Source: Mobula hypostoma (lineage: Eukaryota). Taken from it: 64,000 nucleotides of DNA. The notes beneath the pieces are model-generated. The model made no database searches. It had not been told where the DNA came from and was given only the letters and a program-made list of their open reading frames with translations. The stretch covers positions 18,290,001 through 18,354,000 of the forward strand of contig NC_086108.1 in assembly GCF_963921235.1 (NCBI RefSeq), read 5' to 3'. The stretch's first letter is position 1, and the number at the start of each line of letters is the position of its first letter. Below are positions 50,531 through 63,800 of the stretch, in pieces. Both the position numbers and the translations under genes were made by a program.

Positions 50531-53180
50531 AACACTTTCAGTATGCTGGATGAACTCAGCAGGTCAGGCAGCATCAGTTAGAAATGATGAGTCGACGTTT
50601 CGGGCCAGAACCCTTCGTCAGGACTGAAGAATGAAAGGTGGGAAAGCTTGTAGCTTCAGTTGAAAGACTAGTAATTTGAAAGACAAAGGGATGGGGGAGG
50701 GGAAGTATTGACATCATAGCCCTGAAAACAATGGGTAGTAGAAGAAGGAGGCAGAACCACGAGGGAGCTGGGGGAGGGGGTAGAGTGAAATAGGGATAGA
50801 GGAAGGGAGGGGGAGGGAATTAGCGGAAGTTGGAGAATTCAATGTTCATACCAAGGGGCTGGAGACTACCTAGACGATATATGAGTGTTGCTCCTCCAAC
50901 TCATCATGGCAGTAGAGGAGGGCATGTATGGACATATCTGAATGGGAATGGGAAGCAGAGTTGAAGTGGGTGGCTACCGGGAGATCCTGTCTGTTGTGGT
51001 GGATGGAATGGAGGTGCTCAACGAAGAGGTCTCGAAATCTGTGTCAGGTTTCACCGATGTAGAGGAGGCCGCACCGGGAGCACCGGATGCAATAGATAAC
51101 CCCAACAGACGCACAAGTGAAGTGTTGTCTCACCTGGAAGGACTGTTTGGGGCCCTGAATGGTTGCAAGAGATGAGGTGTAGGGACAGGTGTAGCACTTA
51201 CGTTTACAGGGATGAGTGCCGGGTGGGAGATCAGTGGGGATGGATGTGTGGATAAGGGAGTCGCAGAGGGACCGATCCCTGCGGAAAGCGGAGTTCTGTT
51301 GAAGGTGGCAGAAATTGCGGAGGATAATGTGCTGGATCCGGAGGCTGGTGGGGTGGTAGGTAAGGACAAGGGGAACTCTGTCCCTGTTGTGGTTGCGGGA
51401 GGATGGGGTGAGGGCCGAAGTGTAGGAAATGGAGGAGATGTGGGTGAGGGCATCATTGATGACGGTAGAAGGGAAACCACGATCCTTAAAGAAAGAGGAC
51501 ATTTGAGATGTCCTGGAACGGAAAGCCTCATCCTCGGAGCAGATACGGCGGAGACGGAGGAACTGGGAATAGGGAATAGCATTTTTGCATGTGGTGGGGT
51601 GGGAAGAGGTGTAATCAAGGTAGTTATGAGAGTCAGTGGGCTTGTAGAAAATGTCAGTGGACAGTCTGTCTCCAGAGATGGGGACCGAGACATCGAGAAA
51701 GGGGAGAGAAGTGTCCGAGATAGAGCAAGTGAATTTGAGGGCTGGGTGGAAGTTTGAAGTAAAGTCGTTGAAATTGACCAGCTCAGCATGGGTGCAGGAA
51801 GCAGCATCAATGTAGTCATCAATGTACCGAAGGAAAAGTTGGGGAGCAGTACCAGAATAGGTTTGGAGCACAGACTATTCCACATAACCAACGAAGAGGA
51901 GACTATAAACTATGCAGACCCATAGTTTCTGCCTGTTCCTGTCCCACTGAACTTGTATCTGCCTACCTGGACTCCATTTTGTCACTCATAGTTCAGTCCC
52001 TCCCCACCTACATCCAGGATACATCCCATGCCCTTCACCTCTTCAATAACTTCCAATTCCCCGGTCCCAACTGCTACATTTTTACTATAGATGTCCAATC
52101 CTTATACACCTCCATTCCCCATCAAGAAGGCCTCAAAGCCCTCCACTACTTCCTGGATAATAGACCTCACCAGTTCCCCACCACCACTACCCTCCTCCGG
52201 TTGGTGGAACTGGTTCTCACACTTAATAACTTCTGTTTTGGCTCTTTCCACTTTCTTCAGACTAAGGGTGCAGCTATGGGAACTCGCATGGGACCCAGCT
52301 ACGCCTGCCTCTTCGTTGGTTATGTGAAACAGTTTGTGCTCTGAACCTATTCTGGTACTGCTCCCCAACTTTTCCTTCGGTACATTGACGACTACATTGG
52401 TGCTGCTTCCTGCACCCATGCTGAGCTGGTCAATTTCATCGACTTTACTTCAAACTTCCACCCAGCCCTCAAATTCACTTACTCTATCTCGGACTTCTCT
52501 CCCCTTTCTCGATGTCTCGGTCTCCATTCCTGGAGACAGACTGTCCACTGACATCTTCTACAAGTCCACTGACTCTCAAAACTACCTCAACTATACCTCT
52601 TCCCACCCCACCACATGCAAAAATGCCATTCCCTATTCCCAGTTCCTCCGTCTCCGCCACATCTGCTCCGAGGATGAGGCTTTTCATTCCAGGACATCTC
52701 AAATGTCTTCTTTCTTTAAGGATCGTGGCTTCCCTTCTACCGTCATCAATGATGCCCTCATCCGCATCTCCTCCATTTCCCGCACTTCGGCCCTCACCCC
52801 ATCCTCCCACAACCACAACAGGGACAGAGTTTCCCTTGTCCTTACCTACCACCCCACCAGCCTCCGGATCCAGCACATTATCCTCCGCAACTTCCGCCAC
52901 CTTCAACAGAACCCCACCACTAAGCACATCTTTCCCTCTCCACCCCTCTCCGCTTTCCGCAGGGATCGGTCCCTCCACGACTCCCTTATCCGCAAGTCCA
53001 TCCCCACTGATCTCCCACCCTGCACTTATACCTGTAAGCATAAGTGCTACACTTGTCCCTACACCTCATCTCTTGCAACCATTCAGGGCCCCAAACAGTC
53101 CTTCCAGGTGAGACAACACTTCACTTGTGAGTTTGTTGGAGTCATCTATTGCACCCAGTGCTTGTAGACTATATAGTGTT
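50531..53180. mobile_element. Penelope-like retroelement insertion with inverted structure (RT plus GIY-YIG)
   Basis: Minus arm ORF 51044-51871 (FLRYIDD..GVIYCIRCSRCGLLYIGET); plus arm 51979-53167 (DVQSLYTSIP, GAAMGTRMGPSYA, YIDD); 14-bp TSD at 50517-50530 and 53181-53194. Confidence 0.9.
50590..50625 (-). ncRNA. Minimal type I hammerhead ribozyme-like motif, best-preserved copy
   Basis: Minus strand AGTC-CTGACGA-AGGGTTCTGGCCC-GAAA-CGTC-GACT; stem I AGTC/GACT, stem II GGG/CCC, palindromic ACGT stem III, GUC site. Confidence 0.7.
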
Positions 53181-53985
53181 TATAGCTAGAAGGTGATAGG
53201 TGAATTCAAATGGATGGGAAAAGTCAAGAGCTGGAGAGGAAGGAATCTGATAGGAGAGGAGAGTGGACTATAGCAGAAAGGGAAGGAGGAGGGGATCCTG
53301 GGGTGGGGGGGGAGTGATAGGCAGGTGAGCAGAGGTAAGAGGCCAGAGTGGGGGATAGAAGACAAAGGGAGGGGGAGGGAAAAACTTTTTACTGGAAAGA
53401 GAATTCAATATTCATGCCATCAGATTGGCTACCCAAACTGAAAATAAGGTATTGTTCATCCACCCTGAATGTGGCCTCATCATAGCACAAGAGGAGGCCA
53501 TGGACTGACATGTCAGAACAGGAATAGGAATTGGAATTAAAATGTTTTGCCAGTGCTTTTGGCAAATGGAGTGGAGGTGCTTGACGAAGTAGTCCCTCAA
53601 TTTACAATGGGTCTCACCTGTACAGAGGTGGCCACATCGGGAGCACTGGACACAATAGACAACTCCAGCAGATTCAAGAGATAGAGGAAGTCATAATAGG
53701 GCTGACAGTCTGACATAGGATTCAAAATATATCACATGTACATCAAAACATTTGTGAAATGTGTGAGTTGAGTTATCAACCAACATACCCAAGTGTGTGT
53801 TGGTGGCAGTCTCCACACTTGCAGGCTGGCCCCAACACAGTGCAATGCCCACAATGCTCAGCAGATCAACACAGAACACAAGAAAGCAGAACACACAAGC
53901 AACAAAACAACAGTAAAACAAAGCAACACACATAAAAGTTGCTGGTGAACGCAGCAGGCCAGGCAGCATCTCTAGGAAGAGGTGC

Positions 53986-54021
53986 AGTCAACGTTTCAGG
54001 CCGAGACCCTTCGTCAGGACT
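53986..54021 (-). ncRNA. Minimal hammerhead ribozyme-like motif
   Basis: Minus strand AGTC-CTGACGA-AGGGTCTCGGCCT-GAAA-CGTT-GACT. Confidence 0.6.
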
Positions 54022-55309
54022 AACAAAGCCTTATTTTTCCCTCTCACTCAGATACATATATAATCCTCTCACCCCAAGACAAGCCATCTTCGTCCTCCTG
54101 CAGACTCAGATTCAGACTTGGACACACAGATATTGGGCCTTTGATTACCCCAGTGAACTCACCGAGATTCTCAGACCCAGGTCTTCCGCCAACGGGCTTC
54201 GATTTCCAGACTTCTGATTCGATCCTCAGGCCTCATTCCTTGGCAGTGACCACAGGACTCGCCGATCACCAAATGACAGGTGTCGAACTTTGGACTCACC
54301 GATGATGGAATCCTGAGCACTGGGTTCGAACTCCGATCTCACCAATTCGCAAACACAGGGAGTCATTAGACCTCTTTCCTCCTGCCTGCACAGAACTCCG
54401 CCTCCACTGACAACTCACTGACCTTCACCCATGCTGGTCTATTGGCCCAACATCCAGCTGGACATCCCGGCCCAGTATAAAGATGTCCCATGTCTGCGTT
54501 GCTCTCCTTTAAACACCAAGCGGAGACTTAAGTCTCTAGCCTCTCCTCTAATTCCCTCCAAGTCCCTGTCCCTAAACGGTAATCCCTAACCTGATCTCTA
54601 ATTCTCCTCTCTGTCACCTGAACCAATCTAAAAGACACAAAAATGCAACTAAACAAGACACAGAAAATGCTGGAGAAACTCAGTAGGCCAGGCAGCATCT
54701 CTGGAAAAAAATTATAATCGATGTTTCAGGCTGAAAGGGTCTCAGCCCGAAATGTCTGCTGTACTCTTTTCCACAGATGTCTCCTGGCCTGCTGAGTTCC
54801 TCCAGTATTTTGTGTGTGTTGGTTGGATTTCCAGCATCTTCAAATTTTCTTGTGTTTGTGAAAAAAAAACTAAAACCTAGCTGTGGCTTATTTTGAGGTC
54901 ACCATCTTGCTAAGCACTATGTTGAACAATGTGCCAAACTATTGGACAAATACAGAAAGATGGCTTAAATCAGCATTTAAAAAGACAAAGTTAACCAGGA
55001 ACAATTGACGTGAATCTGTGACTGGAGCCATTTACTCCTTTTCTCTTTCGCACAGACGCTAACTGACTTGCTGAGCATGTCTAGCATTTTCTTTTCAAAC
55101 GTTAGGGATATTTGTGTTTGACTATCGTGGACCAATTTTGTGAAGAGGGAACAAGAAGGATCAATGTGGGTATAATATTTGATGTAGTATATATCTATTC
55201 TTAACATTTGCTTCATATCCAACATCATTAGGAAAGTAAAAACACGTTTGCCAAGAAAATAAGTTAAATGTTTCGCTCAGTGGCAGAGTTTCTGTAAATC
55301 AGAGTAACA

Positions 55310-55620
55310 GTGCAACACTACTAGTAAAGATGCCACCTCACAATTACGTGACTAGGTTCACTCTTGATCTCAGATGCTGTCTGTGTGAAATCTGAACATT
55401 CTCTTGTGACAATTTGGGTTTTCCCCGGTTGCCCTAGTTACTCCCACATCCCTAAGACATGAAATTCGGTTGGTTAAATGGCCACCGTAGATTGTCCCTA
55501 GTGTGTGGATGAGCACAGAATCTGGGGGGAGTCAATGAGAATGTTTGAGAATTAAATGGAATGTGTAGGATTGGTGTGAGTGCAAGGGACCTGTGTCCAA
55601 GCAGTATGACTCTATAACGC
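55310..55620 (+). mobile_element. V-SINE/HE1-like SINE, decayed
   Basis: gctgtctgtgtg..cattctc..gggttttccccgg..ctcccacatccctaagacatg core. Confidence 0.6.
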
Positions 55621-56005
55621 GAATGTCCACCCATTATATAATATCAAAGCAACACATGCAGAATGCTGGAGGAACTCAGCAGTTCAGGCAGCATCTATGG
55701 AAAAGAATAAACAGTCAATGTTTCAGGCTGAGACCTTCCTTCAGGACTGAAGAAATAATATCATAATATCAAACTCTCCCACAATACATGATCCCCAAAA
55801 TTCAACACTACCCACAATAATTAGACCCTCCACAACATCACACTCATGGTTTGGGTGAAAGTATCTGGTGTATGTATTCCAGTATGAAAATATTCCAATG
55901 TGGGAGCTCAGAGACAGGTAGCTAAACTGTGACCTTAACTCAAGGTAGCAGCTTGTTTAACAGAGATGCGAGCCCTCTCACACCTTGCCACCTTGTTTGC
56001 GGTAG

Positions 56006-56197
<192 letters not shown>

Positions 56198-57649
56198 TAG
56201 GTGCATTTGGTGTATGTCACCCTATTGTGGTCCAAGAGAAAATAGGGCAGCTCTCTTCACCTTTGTACCACCACATCGCTTATTGTCCATTGTCTTGGTT
56301 TTCAGGTTGAGTACAGATAGCGACCATATTGGAATAAGAATGAAAAGTTGAGAGAAGTGATGTTGGAGAGGAGTACAGTATTTAAATGGTTTATTGTCCT
56401 ATGCACAAGTAGAGTGAGGTACAGGCACGATAAAACAAATTGCTTGCAGCATTGTCACAGTAACGTAGATTAAGACAACTTGCAGAATATGTCTGAGATT
56501 CAGCCCAGCATGGTGGTGTTATCTGCAGACTTGTAAATACATTGAGAGCAGAACCTGGTCAAAAAGGTCATGAGTATATAAGGAATACAGTAAGTTGCAG
56601 CATTGAGGGGTACTGATGATGACGATAATTGTGGCGGAGGTGTTGTTGCCTATTTACTGTTTGCAGTCTGTTGGTCAGGAAGACAAGGATCAGATTCAGA
56701 TTTATTATCGCTGGCATATGTCATGGAATTTGTTGTTTTGTGACAGCAGTATAGTGCCAGATGTAAAACTTACCTTAAGTTACAATAAGAAATATATCTC
56801 TTGCTGCCCCAGGAAAGCACCCAACATAATCAAAGTTCCCACCCACTCTCGACATACTCTCTTTTCCTCTCCCACAATCAGGAAGAGGATACAAATACAT
56901 GAAAGCACGTACAACCAGGCTCAAATACAGCTTCTGTCTCACTGTTATAAGACAATAGAATGGACCTTTTGTACATTAAGATGGGCTCTTTACTTCACAA
57001 TCTACCTCATTGTGGCCTTGCACTTTGCCTGCATTGCACTTTCTCTGTTTCTATGTTTCTATTCTGTTATTCTTTTGTACTACCTCAATGTACTGATGTG
57101 AATAAATAATCTGTATGAATGGCATGTAAGACAGTTTTTCACTGTATCTTGGTACATGTGACATTAATAAACCAATTTACCAATCTGTCACCTTCGGCGT
57201 TTTCCTCACTGAGAGCATTTGCCCAGGAGCTTCCCACAGACCATTGACACTGGAATGGCAACTTCTCCACAAGCTTTCAATTTTTATTTTGAAAATGGAG
57301 GCAGTGAGGCTATTAGTGTCCGATCTCCTTTACTTATTCACCCACCTTGCCTCAAAGATACCTGAATTCTATGTATTCATCAGCGAATATTCCATCTATT
57401 TGCCTCACTTACTGAGTTGAGCTTACTGAAGAAACTGTTCAACTCTGGGACGTGCAAGCCTAATCCTGCAACAACTACAGTTATTTTATAAGGCACTTTT
57501 GACATAATGTTATGAAACAAGATTTGGCAGAAGAGTTATAAATAGATGGCCAAAAGAGAGACCGACATTGGAGTTAGTCCAAATGAGATTTGCTGGGCTA
57601 ATTACTGGGCTGAGATGAGAGGGTTATGCTATCAAATGTGACTAAAGAA

Positions 57650-58800
57650 TTCGAATCAGATTTATTATTAATGACATATGTTGTGAGATTTGTTGTTTTG
57701 TGGCAGCAGTACAGCTCAATATATAAAAAACTTAAAGTTACAAAAAGTAATAACTAAATAAATTGTGCAAAAAGAAAACTTAAGAGTAAGGTAATGTTGA
57801 TGGGTTCATGAACCATTCAGAAATCCGATGGCGGAGAGGGAGAAACTGCTCTTAAAATGTCGAGTGTGTGCATTCAGACTCCTGTACCATTCCTCCTCAC
57901 TGACGGTAGTAAAGAGAAGAGGGCATGTCCTGGATGGTGACAGACACTGCCTTCTTGAGACACCACTTTCTGAAGGTGTCCCTGATGGAGGGGAGGCTAG
58001 TGCTCATGATGGATCTGGCTTAGTCTAAAAACACTCTGCAGCTTTTTTGATCCTGTGCATCCATACCAGACAGTGATACACCAGTCAGAATGTTCTCTAG
58101 GGTACAGCTACAGAAATTTGCCAGTGTCTTTGGTGACAAACCAAATTTCCTCAAGTTCCTAATGAAATATAGTCACTGTGTGCCTTCTTTATGATTGCAT
58201 CGGTATGATATTCCCAGGATAGATCCCCTGAGATGTTGACGCCCAGGAATTTGAAACAGCTTACCCTTTCCACAGCTGACCCCTTGATTAGGACTGATGT
58301 GTGTTCTCCAACCTTCCCCTTCCTGAGGTCCACAATAAATTCCTTGATCTTATTGAGTGTAAGATTAATGTTGCAACACCACTCAACCAGCTAATCTATC
58401 TCACTCCTGTATGCCTCCTCGTCACCATCTGAGATTCTGCCAACAACAAATATGTCATTGGCAAATTTACGGGCACCTTAGCTGTGTCTAGCCACACTGT
58501 GTTGAGTGTAGCGAAAGTAGAGCAGTGGGCAAAGCATGCATCCTTTAGGTGCGTCTGTCTTAATTGTTAGCAAGCAAGAGTAGTTACTTCCATTTCACAC
58601 TGACTGTAATTTCCTGATGAGAAAGTCAAGGATCCAGTTGCAGATGGAGGTACAGAGGCCAAAGTTTTGAAATTTGTAGATTAATAATGAAAGAATGGTG
58701 GTGTTGAACACTGAGCTGTAATCAATAAAGAGCAGCCTAATTGCTGCTATGATTGCTATTATCCTTGTGGTTCAAGGCCAAGTAGAAAGCCCAAGATTGC
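57650..58800 (-). mobile_element. Rex1/Babar-like LINE 3' fragment
   Basis: AVERVSCFKFLGVNISGDLSW..IIKKAH; similar to 10690-11640. Confidence 0.8.
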
Positions 58801-58968
58801 CAGGACTTTCAATGAGACTGAAAACAATTAGATTCAGAGAGTTAGAGGGTATAGAAGATGTTCGCAAGAATGATCTCAAGATTGAAAAGCCTAACCTATG
58901 AGAGGTGTTTGATGTTTTTGGGTTTGCATTTGATGGAGTTCAGAAAGATGAGGAGAGATCTCATTGAA

Positions 58969-59421
58969 GTCTCTCATTGAGGAAGATACTTTATACTTTA
59001 TTGTTGCCAAACAATTGGTACTGGAACATACAATCATCACAGTGATATTTGATTCTGCGCTACACGCTCCCTGGATTACAAATATTAAAATATTGAAGAT
59101 ATTAAAAATAGTTAAAATTAGTAAATATTAACAATTTTAATTATAAATCATAAATAGAAAATAGAAAACTGGGAAGTAAGGTAGTGCAAAAAAAAACGAG
59201 AGGCAGGTCCGGATATTTGGAGGGTACGGCCCAGATCTGGGTCAGGATCCGTTCAGCAGTCTTATCACAGTTGGAAAGAAGCTGTTCCCAAATCTGACCG
59301 TACGAGTCTTCAAGCTCCTGAACCTTCTCCCGAAGGGAAGAGGGACGAAAAGTCTGTTGGCTGGGTGGGTCGTGTCCTTGATTATGCTGGCAGCACTGCT
59401 CCGACAGCGTGCGGTATAAAG
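58969..59421 (-). mobile_element. Rex1-like 3' fragment with a 20-bp TSD, inserted in a CR1 remnant
   Basis: TGAGGAGAGATCTCATTGAA at 58949-58968 and 59422-59441. Confidence 0.75.
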
Positions 59422-60639
59422 TGAGGAGAGATCTCATTGAATGCCTTGATACTGTGGACATTTCCATTAGTAGGAGAGTCTAGGATCTGTAGGAACAGCC
59501 TCAGAGTGAAAGGACATCCTATTAGTACTGAGAGGAGGAAGAATTTCTTCTACTAGAGGGTGATGAACCTTTGGAATTTGTTGCCACGGACAGCTGTAGA
59601 GGCCAAGTCATTTAAGACATAGCCTTTTGTTTGGTAAAGAGATTGATAGTTACTGGGAGAAGGTAGTGGAATGAGTTAAAAATTTCAGCCACAATTGAAT
59701 GCCAGGGCAGACTCGATGGCCAAATTCTGCTTCTACATCTTATGGTCCTATCAGTATTTTTTAAGATGGTGATCTTATTGAGACAAATGAGATCCTGTGG
59801 GGCTTGCATGTAATGTAGATATGAGACGTCTCAGCTCATGGCTAAGTCTCAAATCAAGGATGTTGTTAGTAGATTAGAGTATGATTGTTTGTAAATGAAG
59901 TATAACATCAGTTTATGTAGATATAATTGAAGCCAAATCCTGCTGCTGTTCTCTGGTGCTCTGAGAGCTTGGTCTGTGAAGTAGATTTTAAATTGTGATA
60001 TAACAGATGAAAGGGAGGGACAGGAACAAGGCGTTAAGGAGGAAATTTCAGGGCTCAGAGTGCCAAAGGTCTAGTAACAATGGCGAACAGCAGAACAGCC
60101 AGAGCTGAAGGGCTGGAGGAGACTGCAGAAACCAGAAGCATGAGAGCCAGCAGAGATTTGAAAACAAGTTCAAACCTGAGACTTTGCCAGACTAACCTTG
60201 TAGGTCAGTGATAGATGAACGTGTGACTGAAATTTTGTATTCACTCAGCAGAGGTTTAGTTGTTAGAATTATTCCCCAGATATTTTTTTTCTATGACTGC
60301 AGTGCTGTTATTTCAGGGGTCAGAATGACAGCACTGGGCTGACCAAGGCACTTTTTTTTCAAGCTGCAACCAGTATGTACATTTTCAGTCATCCTGTTAC
60401 AGGAAAGGCATCATGAAGCTGGAAAGAATGAAGAGAAGATTTGAGGATACTGTCAGGACTTGAAGGCATGAGTTATAGAGAGAGGTTGGACAGGTTAGGA
60501 CTTCATTCCTTGAATGTAGGAAAGGGCATAGGTTGAAGCTGACAGAGGAAAGATTTAAAAGGGATTCGTGGAGCAACTTTTCCACACAGAGTTTCATGGG
60601 TAGTGAGGAAGGCGCAAGACAGGTGTATTCTAAAAAAGA

Positions 60640-62352
60640 AGAAATTTTCGAATGGAAAAAGGAAGACATCAGCAGTATACCGGACAGTCAAGGGTGGCAG
60701 AGAAGAAAAGTGTGCGCAGTCACAATTACGACAGAGAAAGTACTCAGGAAGCTGAATAGGCTAAAGGTAGATAAATCTCCTGGATCAGATGGAATGCACC
60801 CTCGTGTTCTGAAGGAAGTAGCTGTGGAGATTGCGGAGGCATTAGCGATGATCTTTCAAAAGTCGATAGATTCTGGCATGGTTCCGAAGGACTGGAAGAT
60901 TGCAAATGTCACTCCGCTATTTAAGAAGGGGGCCAGGAAGCAAAAAGGAAATTATAGACCTGTTAGCTTGACATCAGTGGTTGGGAAGTTGTTGGGAGTC
61001 GATTGTCAAGGATGAGGTTACAGAGTACCTGGAGGCATATGACAAGGTAGGCAGAACTCAGCATGGATTCCTTAAAGGAAAATCCTGCCTGACAAACCTA
61101 TTACAATTTTTTGAGGAAATTACCAGTAGGCTAGACAAGGGAGATGCAGTGGATGTTGTATATTTGGATTTTCAGAAGGCCTTTGACAAGGTGCTACACA
61201 TGAGACTACTTAACAAGATAAGAGCCCATGGAATTACGGGAAAGTTACATACGTGGATAGAGCGTTGGCTGATTGGCAGGAAACAGAGAGTGGGAATAAA
61301 GGGATCCTATTCTGGTTAGCTGCCAGTTACCAGTGGTGTTCCACAGGGGTCCGTGTTGGGGCCACTTCTTTATACATTGTACATCAACGATTTGGATTAT
61401 GGAATAAATGGCTTTGTGGCTAAGTTTGCTAATGATACGAAGATAGGTGGAGGGGCCGGTAGTGCTGAGGAAATGGAGAGTCTGCAGAGAGACTTGGATT
61501 GGAAGAATGGGCAAAGAAGTGGCAAATGAAATACAATGTTGGAAAGTGTATGGTTATGCACTTTGGCAGAAGAAATAAATGGGCAGACTATTATTTAAAT
61601 GGGGAAAGAATTCAAAGTTCTGAGATGCAACGGGACTTGGGACTCCTCGTACAGGATACCCTTAAGGTTAACCTGCAGGTTGAGTCGGTGGTGAAGAAAG
61701 CGAATGCAATGTTGGCATTCATTTCTAGAGGAATAGAGTATAGGAGCAGGGATGTGATGTTGAGGCTCTATAAGGCGTTGGTGAGACCTCACTTGGAGTA
61801 CTGTGAGTAATGTTTTAGTCTCCTTATTTAAGAAAGAATGTGCTGACGTTGGAGAGGGTACAGAGAAGATTCACTGGAATGATTCCGGGAATGAGAGGGT
61901 TAACATATGAGGAACGTTTGTCTGCTCTTGGACTGTATTCCTTGGAGTTTAGAAGATTGAGGGGAGACCTCATAGAAACATTTCGCACGTTGAAAGGCAT
62001 GGACAGAGTGGATGTGGCAAAGTTGTTTCCCATGATGGGGGAGTCTAGTATGAGAGGGCATGACTTAAGGATTGAAGGGCGCCCATTCAGAACAGAAATG
62101 CGAAGAATTTTTTTAGTCAGAGCGTGGTGAATCTATGGAATTTGTTGCCACGGGCAGCAGTGGAGGCCAAGTCATTGGGTATATTTAAGGCAGACATTGA
62201 TAGGTACCTGAGTAGCTAGGGCATCAAAGGTTACGGTGAGAAGGCGGGAGAGTGGGATTAAATGGGAGAATGGATCAGATCATCATAAAATGGTGGAGCA
62301 GACTCAATGGGCCGAATGGCTGACTTCTGCTCCTTTGTCTTATGGTCTTATA
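60640..62352 (+). mobile_element. CR1 LINE (RT and 3' tail)
   Basis: KSPGSDGMHPRVLKE, YLDFQKAFDKV, RPHLEYC; tail gctcctttgtcttatggtctta. Confidence 0.9.
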
Positions 62353-63800
62353 CATAGAAACATAGAAACATAGAAAATAGGTGCAGGAGTAGGCCATTCG
62401 GCCCTTCGAGCCTGCACCGCCATTTATTATGATCATGGCTGATCATCCAACTCAGAACCCAGCCTTCCCTCCATACCCCCTGACCCCTGTAGCCACAAGG
62501 GCCATATCTAACTTCCTTTTAAACATAGCTAATGAACTGGCCTCAACAGTTTGCTGTGGCAGAGAATTCCACAGATTCACCACTCTCTGTGTGAAGAAGT
62601 TTTTCCTAACCTCGGTCCTAAAAGGCTTCCCCTCTATCCTCAAACTGTGACCCCTCGTTCTAGACCTCCCCAACATCGGGAACAATCTTCCTGCATCTAG
62701 CCTGTCCAATCCCTTTAGGATCTTATACGTTTCAATCAGATCCCCCCTCAATCTTCTAAATTCCAACGAGTACAAGCCCAGTTCATCCAGTCTTTCTTCA
62801 TATGAAAGACCTGCCATCCCAGGAATCAATCTGGTGAACCTTCTTTGTACTCCCTCTATGGCAAAGATGTCTTTCCTCAGATTAGGGGACCAAAACTGCA
62901 CACAATACTCCAGGTGTGGTCTCACCAAGGCCTTGTACAACTGCAGTAGTACCTCCCTGCTCCTGTACTCGAATCCTCTCGCTATAAATGCCAGCATACC
63001 GTTCGCCTTTTTCACCGCCTGCTGTACCTGCATGCCCACTTTCAATGACTGGTGTATAATGACACCCAGGTCTCGTTGCACCTCCCCTTTTCCTAATCGG
63101 CCACCATTCAGATAATAATCTGTTTTCCTATTTTTGCCACCAAAGTGGATAACTTCACATTTATCCACATTAAATTGCATCTGCCATGAGTTTGCCCACT
63201 CACCCAACCTATCCAAGTCACCCTGCATCCTCTTAGCATCCTCCTCACTGCTAACACTGCCACCCAGCTTCGTGTCATCCGCAAACTTGGAGATGCTGCA
63301 TTTAATTCCCTCATCCAAGTCATTAATATATATTGTAAACAACTGGGGTCCCAGCACTGAGCCTTGCGGTACCCCACTAGTCACCGCCTGCCATTCTGAA
63401 AAGGTCCCGTTTATTCCCACTCTTTGCTTCCTGTCTGCTAACCAATTCTCCACCCACACCAATACCTTACCCCCAATACCGTGTGCTTTAAGTTTGCACA
63501 CTAATCTCCTATGTGGGACCTTGTCAAAAGCCTTTTGAAAATCCAAATATACCACATCCACTGGTTCTCCCCTATCCACTCTACTAGTTACATCCTCAAA
63601 AAATTCTATGAGATTCGTCAGACATGATTTTCCTTTCACAAATCCATGCTGACTTTGTCCGATCATTTCACCGCTTTCCAAATGTGCTGTTATCACATCC
63701 TTGATAACTGACTCCAGCAGTTTCCCCACCACCGACGTTAGGCTAACCGGCCTATAATTCCCCGGTTTCTCTCTCCCTCCTTTTTTAAAAAGTGGGGTTA
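62353..63800 (-). mobile_element. Young 5'-truncated CR1 LINE with an uninterrupted RT C-terminal ORF (~450 aa), tail-to-tail with the preceding CR1
   Basis: ORF 62452-63876 is intact from TPLFKKG through FADD to the end; (ATAGAAAC)n tail at 62354-62378. Confidence 0.93.

Larger units (their letters stand above)
50330..53680 (-). mobile_element. Older Penelope-like 3' fragment (50330-50530 and 53181-53680) split by a younger Penelope insertion
   Basis: Tail and GIY-YIG-end sequence continue across the duplicated TATAGCTAGAAGGT. Confidence 0.75.
13548..56005 (+). other. PBX intron (42,458 nt, GT-AG), mostly filled by transposable elements
   Basis: Begins gtaaac and ends ggtag; the flanking exons encode contiguous PBX protein. 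Confidence 0.9.
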
